Below, in pieces: positions 16,706-26,015 of a stretch of 64,000 nucleotides of DNA. Source of the stretch: Candidatus Caccoplasma intestinavium (lineage in GTDB: Bacteria; Bacteroidota; Bacteroidia; Bacteroidales; UBA11471); contig DVKT01000045.1 of NCBI GenBank assembly GCA_018715885.1, forward strand, positions 5,526 to 69,525, written 5' to 3'. The translations under genes were made by a program, and so were the position numbers. The notes under the pieces were generated by a model. That model was not told the origin of the DNA. It saw only the letters and a program-made list of their open reading frames with translations, and did not search any database. The stretch's first letter is position 1. Each line of letters starts with the position of its first letter.

Positions 16706-18678
16706 TATTGCGCCGTTTTTGCCATTTGTAAAACGCGGATAAAGAGGCTCTCCATGTCCCGCTCCATGTTTTCCCGATTGTCGTCGTAGCTGCCTTCGTA
16801 AACGATACGTTCGACCATGTTCCCGATAGAGATGTTGATGGTCGTGTTCCGTGTCCCGCCCGTGGCGACGGCTTCGGTGGCGTTTTTGGCCACCTCCCCG
16901 CCCGTAGGGTTGATTCCGCTTTCCGTTTCCGACCCGCCGAGTCCGGGTATGGACGGGGAAGATATGCCCAGTTTGGCCCCGAATCCCGAAACGATGTCCA
17001 ACAAAGACTTCTCCGAGTTCCACGACATATCGATACCGGCGAGCGACCGGCCGGCATTCTTCAAATGGTCGGCCACACGTTGCGCTCCTGCAGTAATGGC
17101 CTGTTGCCGGGCTTCCACGTCGGCACCGATGGCAGCTATGGCCGCCCGGTTTTCCGCACTGTTTCCCAAGCCTACCGCCTCTTTGAATTCGTACCAGGCC
17201 AACTTTATTTTGTCGAGCCCGATCATGATGCCGTTCACAAGGGTGGAGAAGTAGAGCTTTACCCCGTCGACGAATGCGTAGAAAGTGTATTTCATGAATC
17301 CGACGACACCTTCCCAAAGGGAACCCCAACCCTCGATTTTATAACAGAGGTAGGCGATGACGGCGATAAGGGCCACCACGCCGGCAATGATCCATGTCGT
17401 GGGGGAAGCCCACATGGAAGCGTTCAATGCTGTTTGCGCCGCCGTCCACGCCCATTTGGCCGTGGTAACTATACCCGCCCACAAGGCGGCCAGTTTGGTC
17501 CGGGCGATGACGATCCCCATCGTTGCGGCCATTATTCCCAACAAGGCGGTAAGGACGGTTACGGCCGTGTTCCCCCCGGAAAGCAGGTCGAACCAACGTC
17601 TGAAAGCAGACACGCAGCCCGTTACGCCCTTATGTATCCACGACAAAAGGGCGGCGGTGTAGTCGATGAGCCGGGAGAAAACGGCAAACGCCGGATTGAT
17701 GAACGGTTCGATGATGTCATACAGTTTCCAAAGCAGCATGGTGGCGTTGTCCAGCAAGGTGGACCATTTCCCGGACTTCGAGCTGCCGAGACGTTCGGTC
17801 ATGTTATAGAACAACCCGCCCGCAGAGGTGGCCGAAATGAAGGCGTCCCGGACCATTTCCGCCGATATTTCCCCCTTGCTCATTTCATCTTTCAACACGG
17901 CCATCGACTTGCCGGTCGTCCTTGATATTTCATTCAGGGGGTTGAAACCTGCGTTAATCATCTGCAGCAGGTCTTGACCCATGAGTTTGCCGGTAGAGGT
18001 CATTTGGGAAAAAGCCAGTGTCAGGGAATTCATCTTTTCTCGGTCGCCCATGGCGATATCCCCCAACATCTTGATGTTCGGCATGACACGGTCCGCCGCG
18101 ATGCCGAAGGAGAGCATCATTTTGGCATTTTCCTGCAAATCCGCCGCCATGTAGGGTGTGGCCGCCCCGTATTGCCGGAGGTCGGAGACCAACCGTCCGC
18201 CGGCTTCTTTCGATCCGAGCAGCACTTCAAAGGATATCTGTGTCTTTTCCCGATCGAAGCCCTTTTTCAAAGCCGCCAGTCCCGCCGTTCCGGCCAGTAC
18301 GATGGGATTGGTGATGGCCGAGGCGAACGGCAGGTTACCGAATGCTTCGGAAAAAGCCGCCTTCAAACGGCCTCCCGTCGTACTCTCCAAACGACGCAAC
18401 TGCCTTTCGAGCGATTGTATTTCCCGGTTGGTGGTGCGTATCGCTTCGATGTTTCCGGCCGGTATCCACTCCCGCTCGGCACGCAGGGCGGCAATACGTC
18501 CCGTCAGCGAACCGATGCTCACGCCGAAGTCCTGCATCGTGTGGTCGGTTTGTACGACCTGCCGTTGCACCCGGCTCCACACCGCCAGTTGCCGGTCGTT
18601 GGCAATGCCTATGCGCGAGAGCTTGCCCGAGATTTTATCTTGTAGGGAGAGGGTATATTCAACGATATTGCCTGCCAT
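16705..18678 (-). CDS. Tail tape measure protein
   Basis: 657 aa. The segment MLGDIAMGDREKMNSLTLAFSQMTSTGKLMGQDLLQMINAGFNPL is the tape-measure domain. Hydrophobic central helices are present, and the gene lies after the chaperone. Confidence 0.9.
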   Translation of the reverse strand: MAGNIVEYTLSLQDKISGKLSRIGIANDRQLAVWSRVQRQVVQTDHTMQDFGVSIGSLTGRIAALRAEREWIPAGNIEAIRTTNREIQSLERQLRRLESTTGGRLKAAFSEAFGNLPFASAITNPIVLAGTAGLAALKKGFDREKTQISFEVLLGSKEAGGRLVSDLRQYGAATPYMAADLQENAKMMLSFGIAADRVMPNIKMLGDIAMGDREKMNSLTLAFSQMTSTGKLMGQDLLQMINAGFNPLNEISRTTGKSMAVLKDEMSKGEISAEMVRDAFISATSAGGLFYNMTERLGSSKSGKWSTLLDNATMLLWKLYDIIEPFINPAFAVFSRLIDYTAALLSWIHKGVTGCVSAFRRWFDLLSGGNTAVTVLTALLGIMAATMGIVIARTKLAALWAGIVTTAKWAWTAAQTALNASMWASPTTWIIAGVVALIAVIAYLCYKIEGWGSLWEGVVGFMKYTFYAFVDGVKLYFSTLVNGIMIGLDKIKLAWYEFKEAVGLGNSAENRAAIAAIGADVEARQQAITAGAQRVADHLKNAGRSLAGIDMSWNSEKSLLDIVSGFGAKLGISSPSIPGLGGSETESGINPTGGEVAKNATEAVATGGTRNTTINISIGNMVERIVYEGSYDDNRENMERDMESLFIRVLQMAKTAQ

Positions 18679-18853
18679 CGGTTCGTTTGTTAGGGTTTGT
18701 TCGCCTCTTTTTCCTTTTTCCGGATATATACCAGTTCATTATAACGGGCGGCGAATTCCTCGTCATCGAGGTTATCCGGTTCTATGTGCATGTAGTAGCG
18801 CAGCTGCGCCGCCATAATCCGAAACGTATCGGCATCATCGACGACTGCAGCTT

Positions 18854-19180
18854 CTATAACTTTTCCAGTTCGGCCTCCCCGACTTCAACGATATCGGGGA
18901 TCATTCCCGAAGCGGCGAGGAACAGGCTGTCGTCGGTGCGGATATCCGTATCCCCGCCGAGCCAGCACTGCCGCAATATGACCTCGTTGAATTTCAACGG
19001 GTCGGCTTTTCCGGCTACGGAAGCGGCCGAGAGGTCCTTCCGTTTCGGCGCACGCAGGTAACAGACGTGCTTTCTACCGTCGGCATCGTCCACCTTGATG
19101 GCGAATACGTTTTTATGGGTCTCTTTCCACTCTTTTATCTGCTCGGCGGTGGCTTCTCCGATCGGTTTTTCTTTTTCCAT
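18854..19180 (-). CDS. Tail assembly chaperone (G-like); a possible -1 frameshift extension runs to 18690
   Basis: 108-aa ORF between the tube and TMP genes. The -1 frame stays open for 57 further codons past the stop (see findings). Confidence 0.55.
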   Translation of the reverse strand: MEKEKPIGEATAEQIKEWKETHKNVFAIKVDDADGRKHVCYLRAPKRKDLSAASVAGKADPLKFNEVILRQCWLGGDTDIRTDDSLFLAASGMIPDIVEVGEAELEKL

Positions 19181-19216
19181 GACGGATTTTCTGTTTGATG
19201 ACGGTTGCCCGTCCGG

Positions 19217-19627
19217 TTAAACGATTTTTTTCTTGTCCAGGAAGATGAAAGGGAGGGTGCATTCCATGAATTTGTCCCCCTGTTTCAGTTCTTTGGGTTC
19301 TTCGGTAAACTGGCAGCCGATCAACTCGTCTGTGGCGATCATGTCCCCTTTCGACGGGTTGCCGTAATTGGCGACTATTTTCACCTCGAGGTCCAGTATG
19401 GAGCCTCCGCCGGCGACTTCCAGCGCCAACAGTTCGGACTGGGTGAGGGTGATTTCCCCTTCACCCGACTTGTTGCCTTTCTGAATGCTCAGCGGTTTGT
19501 TCCCTTTGCCGTAAAGCGCTTCTTTTTCTTGTTTGTAGACATATTTCAGTCCTCGCAGGCCGGAGATGTCGCGGTTGCCCATGAAGACGGTCAGGTCTGC
19601 AAATTCGTACTCTCTGCTGTTGAACAT
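19217..19627 (-). CDS. Tail tube protein
   Basis: Start reset to MFNSREYEFADL (136 aa), immediately downstream of the sheath gene. Confidence 0.6.
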   Translation of the reverse strand: MFNSREYEFADLTVFMGNRDISGLRGLKYVYKQEKEALYGKGNKPLSIQKGNKSGEGEITLTQSELLALEVAGGGSILDLEVKIVANYGNPSKGDMIATDELIGCQFTEEPKELKQGDKFMECTLPFIFLDKKKIV

Positions 19628-19638
19628 TGTTTCCTTGT

Positions 19639-20838
19639 TTATGTGGTTTTGAAACCGAGATCGACATCGATGTATTTGGCGTAACCGTTGGGCTTGACAC
19701 GCAAGCCGGCGGCAATACGGGAGGTGGCGAGAATGTCCTGCTTGTAATCGATGGAACACTCCACGCCGGTATCGTCAGGGTCGGCGGGGTCGTTTCCGAG
19801 GTTCCCGTTGGCGGTCATGCTGCTGATGATGGCTTGTTCGACATCGCCCTGCACGGAGGCGCACCAAGCCGGGGAAAGGGTCCCATCCGTGGCGATAGGC
19901 ACTTCGTCGTTGAGCGATTCGACAAGGGTGTTGTATGCGATACGGTAAGCCTTGTCTATGACCCGGCGATTCGACAGCGAATTGTAATCGTCCGTGGCAG
20001 CCGTGGCCAGCGGGTCATCCGCAATGAAGTAACCTGACTTGCCCACAAACGTCCGGAATGTGATGTATCCTTTGTCATTGATGCTTTCCACATCCGCTTC
20101 CTCGACGGTTTTCCCGCCGACGAACATCTCCACCGGCGTAAGGGCGCCGCTTTTCACCCGGCTGATCTTACGCTGGACGTCCGTGGCGGCGATTCGCCCG
20201 GCAACGATGCCCATGGCCGCGTTCGGGCTGTCTTGCGACGTATCGCCGATGACGATGCCGCAACGGTCATGGTTCATTGTTTTCAGATCGGGCAGGCCGG
20301 TATCATTGCCGGAATAGGCATACCCTTCAATCAAAGTGAATATCGGGGCATAACGGTCGTCTGTGGCCCATTCCCCGAGAGCCTGCGCCTTTGGCAGGGC
20401 GGCGATGACATCGCTGTCCATACCCTCGGAATCGTCGAGCTCGTAGCTTTCCCCGGGTGTTTTGAAGGCGATGAGTCCCCGTATGTTGCCTTTGGCCGAC
20501 AATAACAGCGATTTTGCGCCGCCGGCATTGTCCTTGTCGAGTACCGTGGCAAAAGCGGCTGTCTCGGCAAAACCCATGAGCCACAATTCCAGGCCGTCGC
20601 CGCCCTCCGCATAGAAATCCTTGACATTGCGGTAAAGGTTGGGATTGTTCTCGGAGGTAACACCCAAACTTTCAAGGTCGGCGAGCTTTTTGAGAGAGTA
20701 AGCCTTGCCCAGTTTGAAATTTTCTTCCCCGGCCACCTCTGCCGCACCGATAGCGATAAAGCCCAGGCAACCGTCGTCCATTTCGGCCACTTGCCCGAGA
20801 GCCCCGTTCGAATAGGTTATTTTTACACGTGGTAACAT
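19639..20838 (-). CDS. Contractile tail sheath protein
   Basis: 399 aa, positioned before the tube gene. The size and sequence character fit myovirus sheath proteins of Mu-like prophages. Confidence 0.65.
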   Translation of the reverse strand: MLPRVKITYSNGALGQVAEMDDGCLGFIAIGAAEVAGEENFKLGKAYSLKKLADLESLGVTSENNPNLYRNVKDFYAEGGDGLELWLMGFAETAAFATVLDKDNAGGAKSLLLSAKGNIRGLIAFKTPGESYELDDSEGMDSDVIAALPKAQALGEWATDDRYAPIFTLIEGYAYSGNDTGLPDLKTMNHDRCGIVIGDTSQDSPNAAMGIVAGRIAATDVQRKISRVKSGALTPVEMFVGGKTVEEADVESINDKGYITFRTFVGKSGYFIADDPLATAATDDYNSLSNRRVIDKAYRIAYNTLVESLNDEVPIATDGTLSPAWCASVQGDVEQAIISSMTANGNLGNDPADPDDTGVECSIDYKQDILATSRIAAGLRVKPNGYAKYIDVDLGFKTT

Positions 20839-20847
20839 GGCTTCTTT

Positions 20848-21162
20848 CTATTTTCGTTTGACTGTAATTACGTTTTTATCCCCGAGACGTTTCGCATGTT
20901 CCCGGGCGTCGTGCTCGTCGAAAAAGCCGAAATTGTCCGAGGTCATGAAAACCTTTTCCTGGTCGGGATAACAGGAGAGTATCCGCAATCCCTCTTTTTC
21001 GGTATCCGAAAGCGGTGATTCCTCCCTTTTTTTCTTTGAACGGGTTTCTTTTTCCGCTCCTGCGGATTTGGACGCTTTATCGGTTTGGGGTTCGTTCTTT
21101 TCAGATTCACCCGGTCGGGTATCCATATCCCCCGCACCCGTTTTGTTTTCTTCGTTTTGCAT
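20848..21162 (-). CDS. Hypothetical protein (charged, disordered N-terminal half)
   Basis: 104-aa ORF between the capsid and sheath genes. Confidence 0.45.
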   Translation of the reverse strand: MQNEENKTGAGDMDTRPGESEKNEPQTDKASKSAGAEKETRSKKKREESPLSDTEKEGLRILSCYPDQEKVFMTSDNFGFFDEHDAREHAKRLGDKNVITVKRK

Positions 21163-21362
21163 TTTAATAGAGGTAAAATCGTTTATGAATGGTGTTTGAA
21201 TTTCCGGTCGGGGAGTTCGCGCGGGCCGCCGCGCGTATCCGTTTTCAGGATAACGGGCGGTGCGGCCCTGCCGTCGAGGTGAAACGTGCCGGTATCATGG
21301 AACGTTTCCAACCCCTACCTGCCGGCGGCGCGGGATTGGCCCGCACCCGGAACCCGTATGGC

Positions 21363-22280
21363 TTATCCCCCTGCGGAAGGCTCTTCGGTTGCCTGGCAAA
21401 TAAGCGCAACACCTTTTTTGTCCGAGCGGATATAACTTCCTCCGGCACGTTGCAGGAAAGAGATGATATCGCCGTAATAAAGCGGGTTTCCTTCATCGTC
21501 GAAAAGAATCGACGCACCGAGAGCCCGGGATACGCAATCTTCCTGCCAGGCTATGCCGGCTGCCGAATCGGTCGCATCGGCGGCCGCGCTCCACTCCTTG
21601 AGGACTCCGGCTTTCGTCGTTTTGGCGACCTGGCCGCGTTTGTAGAACCGGAAGCCGGCATATTCCCCGATGACACCTTTTTCCGGATCGGCACCCGCCA
21701 GGAAGGCGACAACCTCGTTGTTCGTCATCGAGTTCTTCAACTGGTTGTACATGTAAGCGTCCAAAAGCATGTAACGGCCTGTCTGCGGAATGTTCTGCGA
21801 GTCGAAAAGCAGTTGGGCCGCTTCGACGGAGGCTTTGGTCATCGATTTGCGGTTTCCCGTCGCCGAGGCGATATGGGCGGTAACGGCAGCTCCTTCGGTA
21901 AATATCGTGTTTACCCCGGAAGGAATCCAGGAGTAGATGAGCGACGCGTGTATGTCGTCTGCCAGTTTGTTGCGGGAGCCCCGTATGATGCTTTCCCGTT
22001 TGTTGTACGAAAGCTCCACCTTGTCCGCATTGGGTATGCGGATAGGATCGACCGAAAATTCATCGATATCATACGAAAGGTCCACATCTTCCCGTGTGGT
22101 AACGGCTGCGGGAAAGGTGGTGCGGTTTTTCACCACGGAAGGCGCCGCACCCGCATTCGGTACATGGACCGTCTTCTCGTTTACGAATTCCGAATGGTCC
22201 ACCGATTTGGAGGCGAAGGAATTGTCTGCAAACAGATTTTCGATAATGGATTTGATCCAGATTTGAACTTGTAATGCCAT
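21363..22280 (-). CDS. Major capsid protein
   Basis: 305 aa, directly after the protease/scaffold gene. The N-terminus MALQVQIWIKSIIENLF is one I recognise from Mu-like Bacteroidales prophage capsid proteins. Confidence 0.75.
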   Translation of the reverse strand: MALQVQIWIKSIIENLFADNSFASKSVDHSEFVNEKTVHVPNAGAAPSVVKNRTTFPAAVTTREDVDLSYDIDEFSVDPIRIPNADKVELSYNKRESIIRGSRNKLADDIHASLIYSWIPSGVNTIFTEGAAVTAHIASATGNRKSMTKASVEAAQLLFDSQNIPQTGRYMLLDAYMYNQLKNSMTNNEVVAFLAGADPEKGVIGEYAGFRFYKRGQVAKTTKAGVLKEWSAAADATDSAAGIAWQEDCVSRALGASILFDDEGNPLYYGDIISFLQRAGGSYIRSDKKGVALICQATEEPSAGG

Positions 22281-22281
22281 T

Positions 22282-23289
22282 TTATGAATTTTGAATGTTT
22301 AGCGTTGAACACATCTCTTTGTACTTTCTCTCGTACAGGTCGGGGTACTTCTCTTTCAATTCCGACAGACGGCCGGAACGGTCGATCTCGTCCCATGACA
22401 TCTTTGCAAGGCTTTCGCTTTCCCCGCCGTCGGCGATTTTCCCGCGCAGGCTCTGCCGGGCGGGCATGCTTCCGAGAATCTTACGGGTATTCGCGAAATC
22501 GGTCTCAAACAGCTTCAAGTAGGTCTCTTTCAGGTCGGCAGGGATTTTTCCCTCTTTTATGGCCTGCTCCACCTGGGCGGAGGCTTCGGCTTTCTCCCCG
22601 GCGGCCTTTTCCTCGGACAACCGTTTCACTTCGGACTCGGCTTTCTCTTTCGCTGCTTGCAGGGCGGCGATCTCCTGTTTATGGCTCTCCTGTAACCGGG
22701 TGATGGCGGATAACACCTCCGCGTCCCCAGCGTTTTCAGGCAGCCCGAGCTTCAAAGCAATTTCTTTCATTGGCTTATGATTTGTTTGTTTATGAATAAG
22801 ACGAACGGGGCACTCCCTTTCGTCGGATAATTCGATGACCCGGTCATTGTCGTCGTAAAGGACGATGCCCGCCGCATTCGGGTTGGAGGGTATGTCGACG
22901 ATCGACACCTCGCGCAATTCGCATTTCGTTACCGTCGCCCGGGTCTGTCCGGGTTTAAGGTGCTCGGGGGCTTCGCTCACCTCTATGATACGGATTCCGA
23001 TCGAGCAGGCTTTCAAAAAACCGCCTTCCACTTTATCCGCTATCTTGGCCGCAAAATCGTCTTTCTTGTCGAAAACGGGTTCGCCGGACATGATGCCGCC
23101 TTCCCCGGCCCCGTAGTTCTTCCAAATGCCGATGGGAAGTATCTCGTCTTTCTTACCGTACAATGTGCGGTGGTGGTTGAACAGCATCACGGGGTTCTTT
23201 TCAAAGCGCGTCAGGTCGATGCCCGATGTCAGTACCCGGAAACCGTAACTGTTTAATTCTTCGTCTGTCCAGATAAGTCTTTTTGCCAT
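22282..23289 (-). CDS. Prohead protease fused to a scaffold domain (Mu gpI/Z-like)
   Basis: The N-terminal part is HK97/S78-type protease-like (FNHHR...IGIW..., SIVDIPSNPNA). The C-terminal part is coiled-coil (ALQAAKEKAESEVKRLSEEKAAGEKAEA). Confidence 0.75.
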   Translation of the reverse strand: MAKRLIWTDEELNSYGFRVLTSGIDLTRFEKNPVMLFNHHRTLYGKKDEILPIGIWKNYGAGEGGIMSGEPVFDKKDDFAAKIADKVEGGFLKACSIGIRIIEVSEAPEHLKPGQTRATVTKCELREVSIVDIPSNPNAAGIVLYDDNDRVIELSDERECPVRLIHKQTNHKPMKEIALKLGLPENAGDAEVLSAITRLQESHKQEIAALQAAKEKAESEVKRLSEEKAAGEKAEASAQVEQAIKEGKIPADLKETYLKLFETDFANTRKILGSMPARQSLRGKIADGGESESLAKMSWDEIDRSGRLSELKEKYPDLYERKYKEMCSTLNIQNS

Positions 23290-23401
23290 TGTTTTTATAA
23301 AAGGACGGGGGCTTGGCAGGGCGGCAACTCACCCCCGTATGACAGTTCCCTCGGTTATCCGCCGGATTGCCGCTCCCGGCGGATCTTTCAAAAATGGTTT
23401 G

Positions 23402-23473
23402 TGGCGGGAGCGGGATTCGAACCCGCGACTTCGAGGTAATGGGCCTCGCGAGCTGCCTCTGCTCTATCCCGCT
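23402..23473 (-). tRNA. tRNA-like gene with CAU anticodon (Met/Ile2-type), atypical features
   Basis: The reverse complement folds as AGCGGGA-TA-GAGC-AGAGGCA-GCTC-G-CGAGG-CCCATTA-CCTCG-AAGTC-GCGGG-TTCGAAT-CCCGC-TCCCGCC-A. This is a cloverleaf with a canonical T-loop, but with an A1:C72 mismatch, C at position 33 and no encoded CCA. Confidence 0.55.
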
Positions 23474-23590
23474 GTTTTCCGGCAAAAATCTCAATAGGTT
23501 TCCGCCCCGGCAAATTGTGTGGACATTCTGTACACTCTTTTTTGACACCCGCCGTTTGAAAGCGACTTTTGCATTAAAAAGATATTCCGA

Positions 23591-24079
23591 ATGTCTCTTA
23601 CCAAACAAGAAATCGAAATACGGAAAGGATACGCTTTCCGGCTTTTCATGAGCGGGGAATCCCAGAAATCGATAGCCCGGACCGTGGGCACCACGGAAGC
23701 AACGGTAAGCCGGTGGGCGGGAAAAGAGGAATGGGACAGGAAAAAGCAGGAGCAGAACACTTCGACGCTTGCCCTGGCCAACTCCATGATGGCGGCGGCC
23801 CGTAAAATGTCGGAACTCATCATCTCGAACATCGAGAACGGGAATACCGATATAGGGACGATCACCAAGTGTTCGGACAACCTGGTCAAAATCATGGCGG
23901 CGGCCGAACGTATCGCCAAGACCGTTACCCGGGCGACGGTCATCGACGTGGTCATCGCCCTCGACCGCTGGCTGGTGCAACGGGCGGAAGTCGATGAGCG
24001 CCTGTCTCCCGAAATGCTCGAATCGATTACCGGCTTCCACAGGAAATATATCGAATATATCACCTCAAACGAAACATGA
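23591..24079 (+). CDS. Terminase small subunit (HTH)
   Basis: 162 aa. GESQKSIARTVGTTEATVSRW is HTH-like. The gene overlaps the start of the large subunit. Confidence 0.6.
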   Translation: MSLTKQEIEIRKGYAFRLFMSGESQKSIARTVGTTEATVSRWAGKEEWDRKKQEQNTSTLALANSMMAAARKMSELIISNIENGNTDIGTITKCSDNLVKIMAAAERIAKTVTRATVIDVVIALDRWLVQRAEVDERLSPEMLESITGFHRKYIEYITSNET

Positions 24080-25593
24080 TGGCCGGAGAAAAAGAGAGAT
24101 ATAAAAAAGCGCTCGAACGTTATGCCAAACATCTTCAAGAGATACGGAATATAACGTCCGTCATACCTAAGGGTACAGACGCGGAACGCACATCGCGCAT
24201 GGTCCGGGCCAGGGAGGATTACGATTTTTTCGTGCAAGCCTATTTCCCGCATTTGGCGACCTCCCGATGCGGGAAGTTCCAGATAGAAGCGGCGGAATAC
24301 ATAAAAAACAATCCACGCGCACGGTGCGTATTCGAATGGGCTCGTGGCCATGCGAAAAGTTCACACATATCGTTAATGATTCCGCTTTGGCTGAAAATAC
24401 AGGAAAACCCCGAGCCGATGATCATGGTGCTCGTGTCAAAGAGTGCGGACATGGCCCGGCGGCTGTTGTCCGACTTGCAGGCGGAGCTCGAGGGGAATGA
24501 CCTGTTTCTGCATGATTTCGGAAGGCAGAAAACGGACGGCCTTTGGACGGACGGGGAATTCGTCTGCGCCGACGGTTCCATGTTCATCGCCCTCGGGCGC
24601 GGACAATCGCCGCGCGGTATCAAAAGGCGGGGGCTGCGGGTGAATTACATCAGCATCGACGACATCGACGACGATGAGATGTGCCGTAACCCCCGGAGGG
24701 TGGACGAAGCCGTCGACTGGTGCCTGAGCGCACTCATCGGCACCATGGCCATGGGGCGGGGACGGTTCGTCCTGGTTGGAAACCGCATCGGCCAATATTC
24801 CATTCTCGGGGAAATGGCCTCGCGCCCCCATTTTTACCATACCGTCGTGAATGCCCTCGACAAAAAAGGAAAACCGTCCTGGTGGCAGAATTACCAACTG
24901 TCGGAAATCAACGACCTGCGGGTGGAAGTCGGCGAACGGCGCTTTCAAAAGGAATACATGAACAATCCGCTGGACGAAGGGTCCGTTTTCGAGCGGAAGT
25001 ATATCCGCTACGGCAAGATGCTTCCCTTGCGGGAATACCGCGCAATCGTCTCTTATACCGACCCGTCGTTCAAATCGTCGTCGAAAAACGACTTCAAGGC
25101 CACGCTTTTGGTGGGGCTGACCAAAGAGGGGAAGTTCCATGTCATAAAGGCTTACGCCGACCAGACGAAAGTGTCGGTCATGGTGGGGTGGCATTACGAG
25201 ATAAGCGACTTTGTGGGGGATACGCCCGTCCGGTATTACATGGAGTCCAATTTCATTCAGGACTTGTTGATGGACGAGTTCCGCAAAGCGGGTATCGCCT
25301 CGGGAAAGCAGATCCCCATTACCGGGGACGGACGGAAAAAACCGGAGAAATTCGCACGCATCGAGGCGCTGCAGCCCTTTTTCCAACGCGGGGAGATTCT
25401 TTTCAACGAGGCGGAAAAATCGTCGGGCGGCATGAAAGTGCTCGAAGACCAGCTGCTGACATTCCAGCGGGGAAGCAAGGCGCACGACGATGCGCCCGAC
25501 GCCCTCGAAGGGGCCGTGTGGTTGCTGAGCAACAAAGTAAGGACGGCGAATACCCGTTACGTCGTCGGACACAGACCTAACCGTAAATATTGA
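24076..25593 (+). CDS. Terminase large subunit
   Basis: 505 aa with an ATPase region (MVLVSKS..., YISIDDIDDDE is Walker-B-like) and a C-terminal nuclease motif KAHDDAPDALEGAVWLL. Confidence 0.85.
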   Translation: MMAGEKERYKKALERYAKHLQEIRNITSVIPKGTDAERTSRMVRAREDYDFFVQAYFPHLATSRCGKFQIEAAEYIKNNPRARCVFEWARGHAKSSHISLMIPLWLKIQENPEPMIMVLVSKSADMARRLLSDLQAELEGNDLFLHDFGRQKTDGLWTDGEFVCADGSMFIALGRGQSPRGIKRRGLRVNYISIDDIDDDEMCRNPRRVDEAVDWCLSALIGTMAMGRGRFVLVGNRIGQYSILGEMASRPHFYHTVVNALDKKGKPSWWQNYQLSEINDLRVEVGERRFQKEYMNNPLDEGSVFERKYIRYGKMLPLREYRAIVSYTDPSFKSSSKNDFKATLLVGLTKEGKFHVIKAYADQTKVSVMVGWHYEISDFVGDTPVRYYMESNFIQDLLMDEFRKAGIASGKQIPITGDGRKKPEKFARIEALQPFFQRGEILFNEAEKSSGGMKVLEDQLLTFQRGSKAHDDAPDALEGAVWLLSNKVRTANTRYVVGHRPNRKY

Positions 25594-26015
25594 CATATAT
25601 GTATTTATCCGCAGAAGAATTGAAAACAGCCATGTATGCCCATGTCGTCGAAGAGATTACCGGCGGGGACGTTTCAATCGTTTGCCAGGCCATCGAAGCA
25701 GCCATGGAAGAAGCGAAGTCTTACCTGTCCAATCGCTACGACGTGGAGAAGATATTCTCGGCCGTCGGAGAGGAACGGAACGCCATGATTCTCGAAAACG
25801 TCAAGGTCATGGCCGTATGGCGCATCATCACCATCTGCAATGCCGAAACCATCTATGAGATGTGGAAAGAGCGCTACGACCGCGTGGTCGACTTTTTCAA
25901 GAACGTGGCCAAAGGGATTGTCGCGCCTGCCTTGCCGCTCCGGACGGACGAAAAAGGCAATATCGAACTGCAAGCCAAATTCGGCTCTAACCCCAAATTT
26001 CATCATTCTTTATAA
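25590..26015 (+). CDS. Head-tail connector-type protein (DUF1320 / Mu gp36-like)
   Basis: 141 aa. The N-terminal YLSAEELKTAMYAHVVEEIT has the character of DUF1320 proteins. Confidence 0.5.
   Translation: MTYMYLSAEELKTAMYAHVVEEITGGDVSIVCQAIEAAMEEAKSYLSNRYDVEKIFSAVGEERNAMILENVKVMAVWRIITICNAETIYEMWKERYDRVVDFFKNVAKGIVAPALPLRTDEKGNIELQAKFGSNPKFHHSL

Noticed and set aside
16706-17329. N-terminal 208 codons of the 418-aa ORF 16073-17329
   Set aside because: This part overlaps the tape-measure gene in another frame and is Arg/Gly/His-rich junk. A clean start (MAKIEY...) overlaps the TMP stop, so only 16073-16705 is kept.
21218-21235. GC-rich hairpin (CGCGCGG-GCCG-CCGCGCG) after the capsid gene as a terminator
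   Set aside because: No U-run follows on the transcribed (minus) strand, and downstream tail genes must still be expressed. At most it is an RNA-stability or processing element, so it is not called as a feature.
23201-25596. Long minus-strand ORFs (279, 286 and 386 aa) opposite terS/terL, and the plus-strand ORF 23367-23651 over the tRNA
   Set aside because: These are antisense shadows in GC-rich coding DNA. The terminase motifs lie on the plus strand, and 23367-23651 translates the tRNA-like gene and promoter region.
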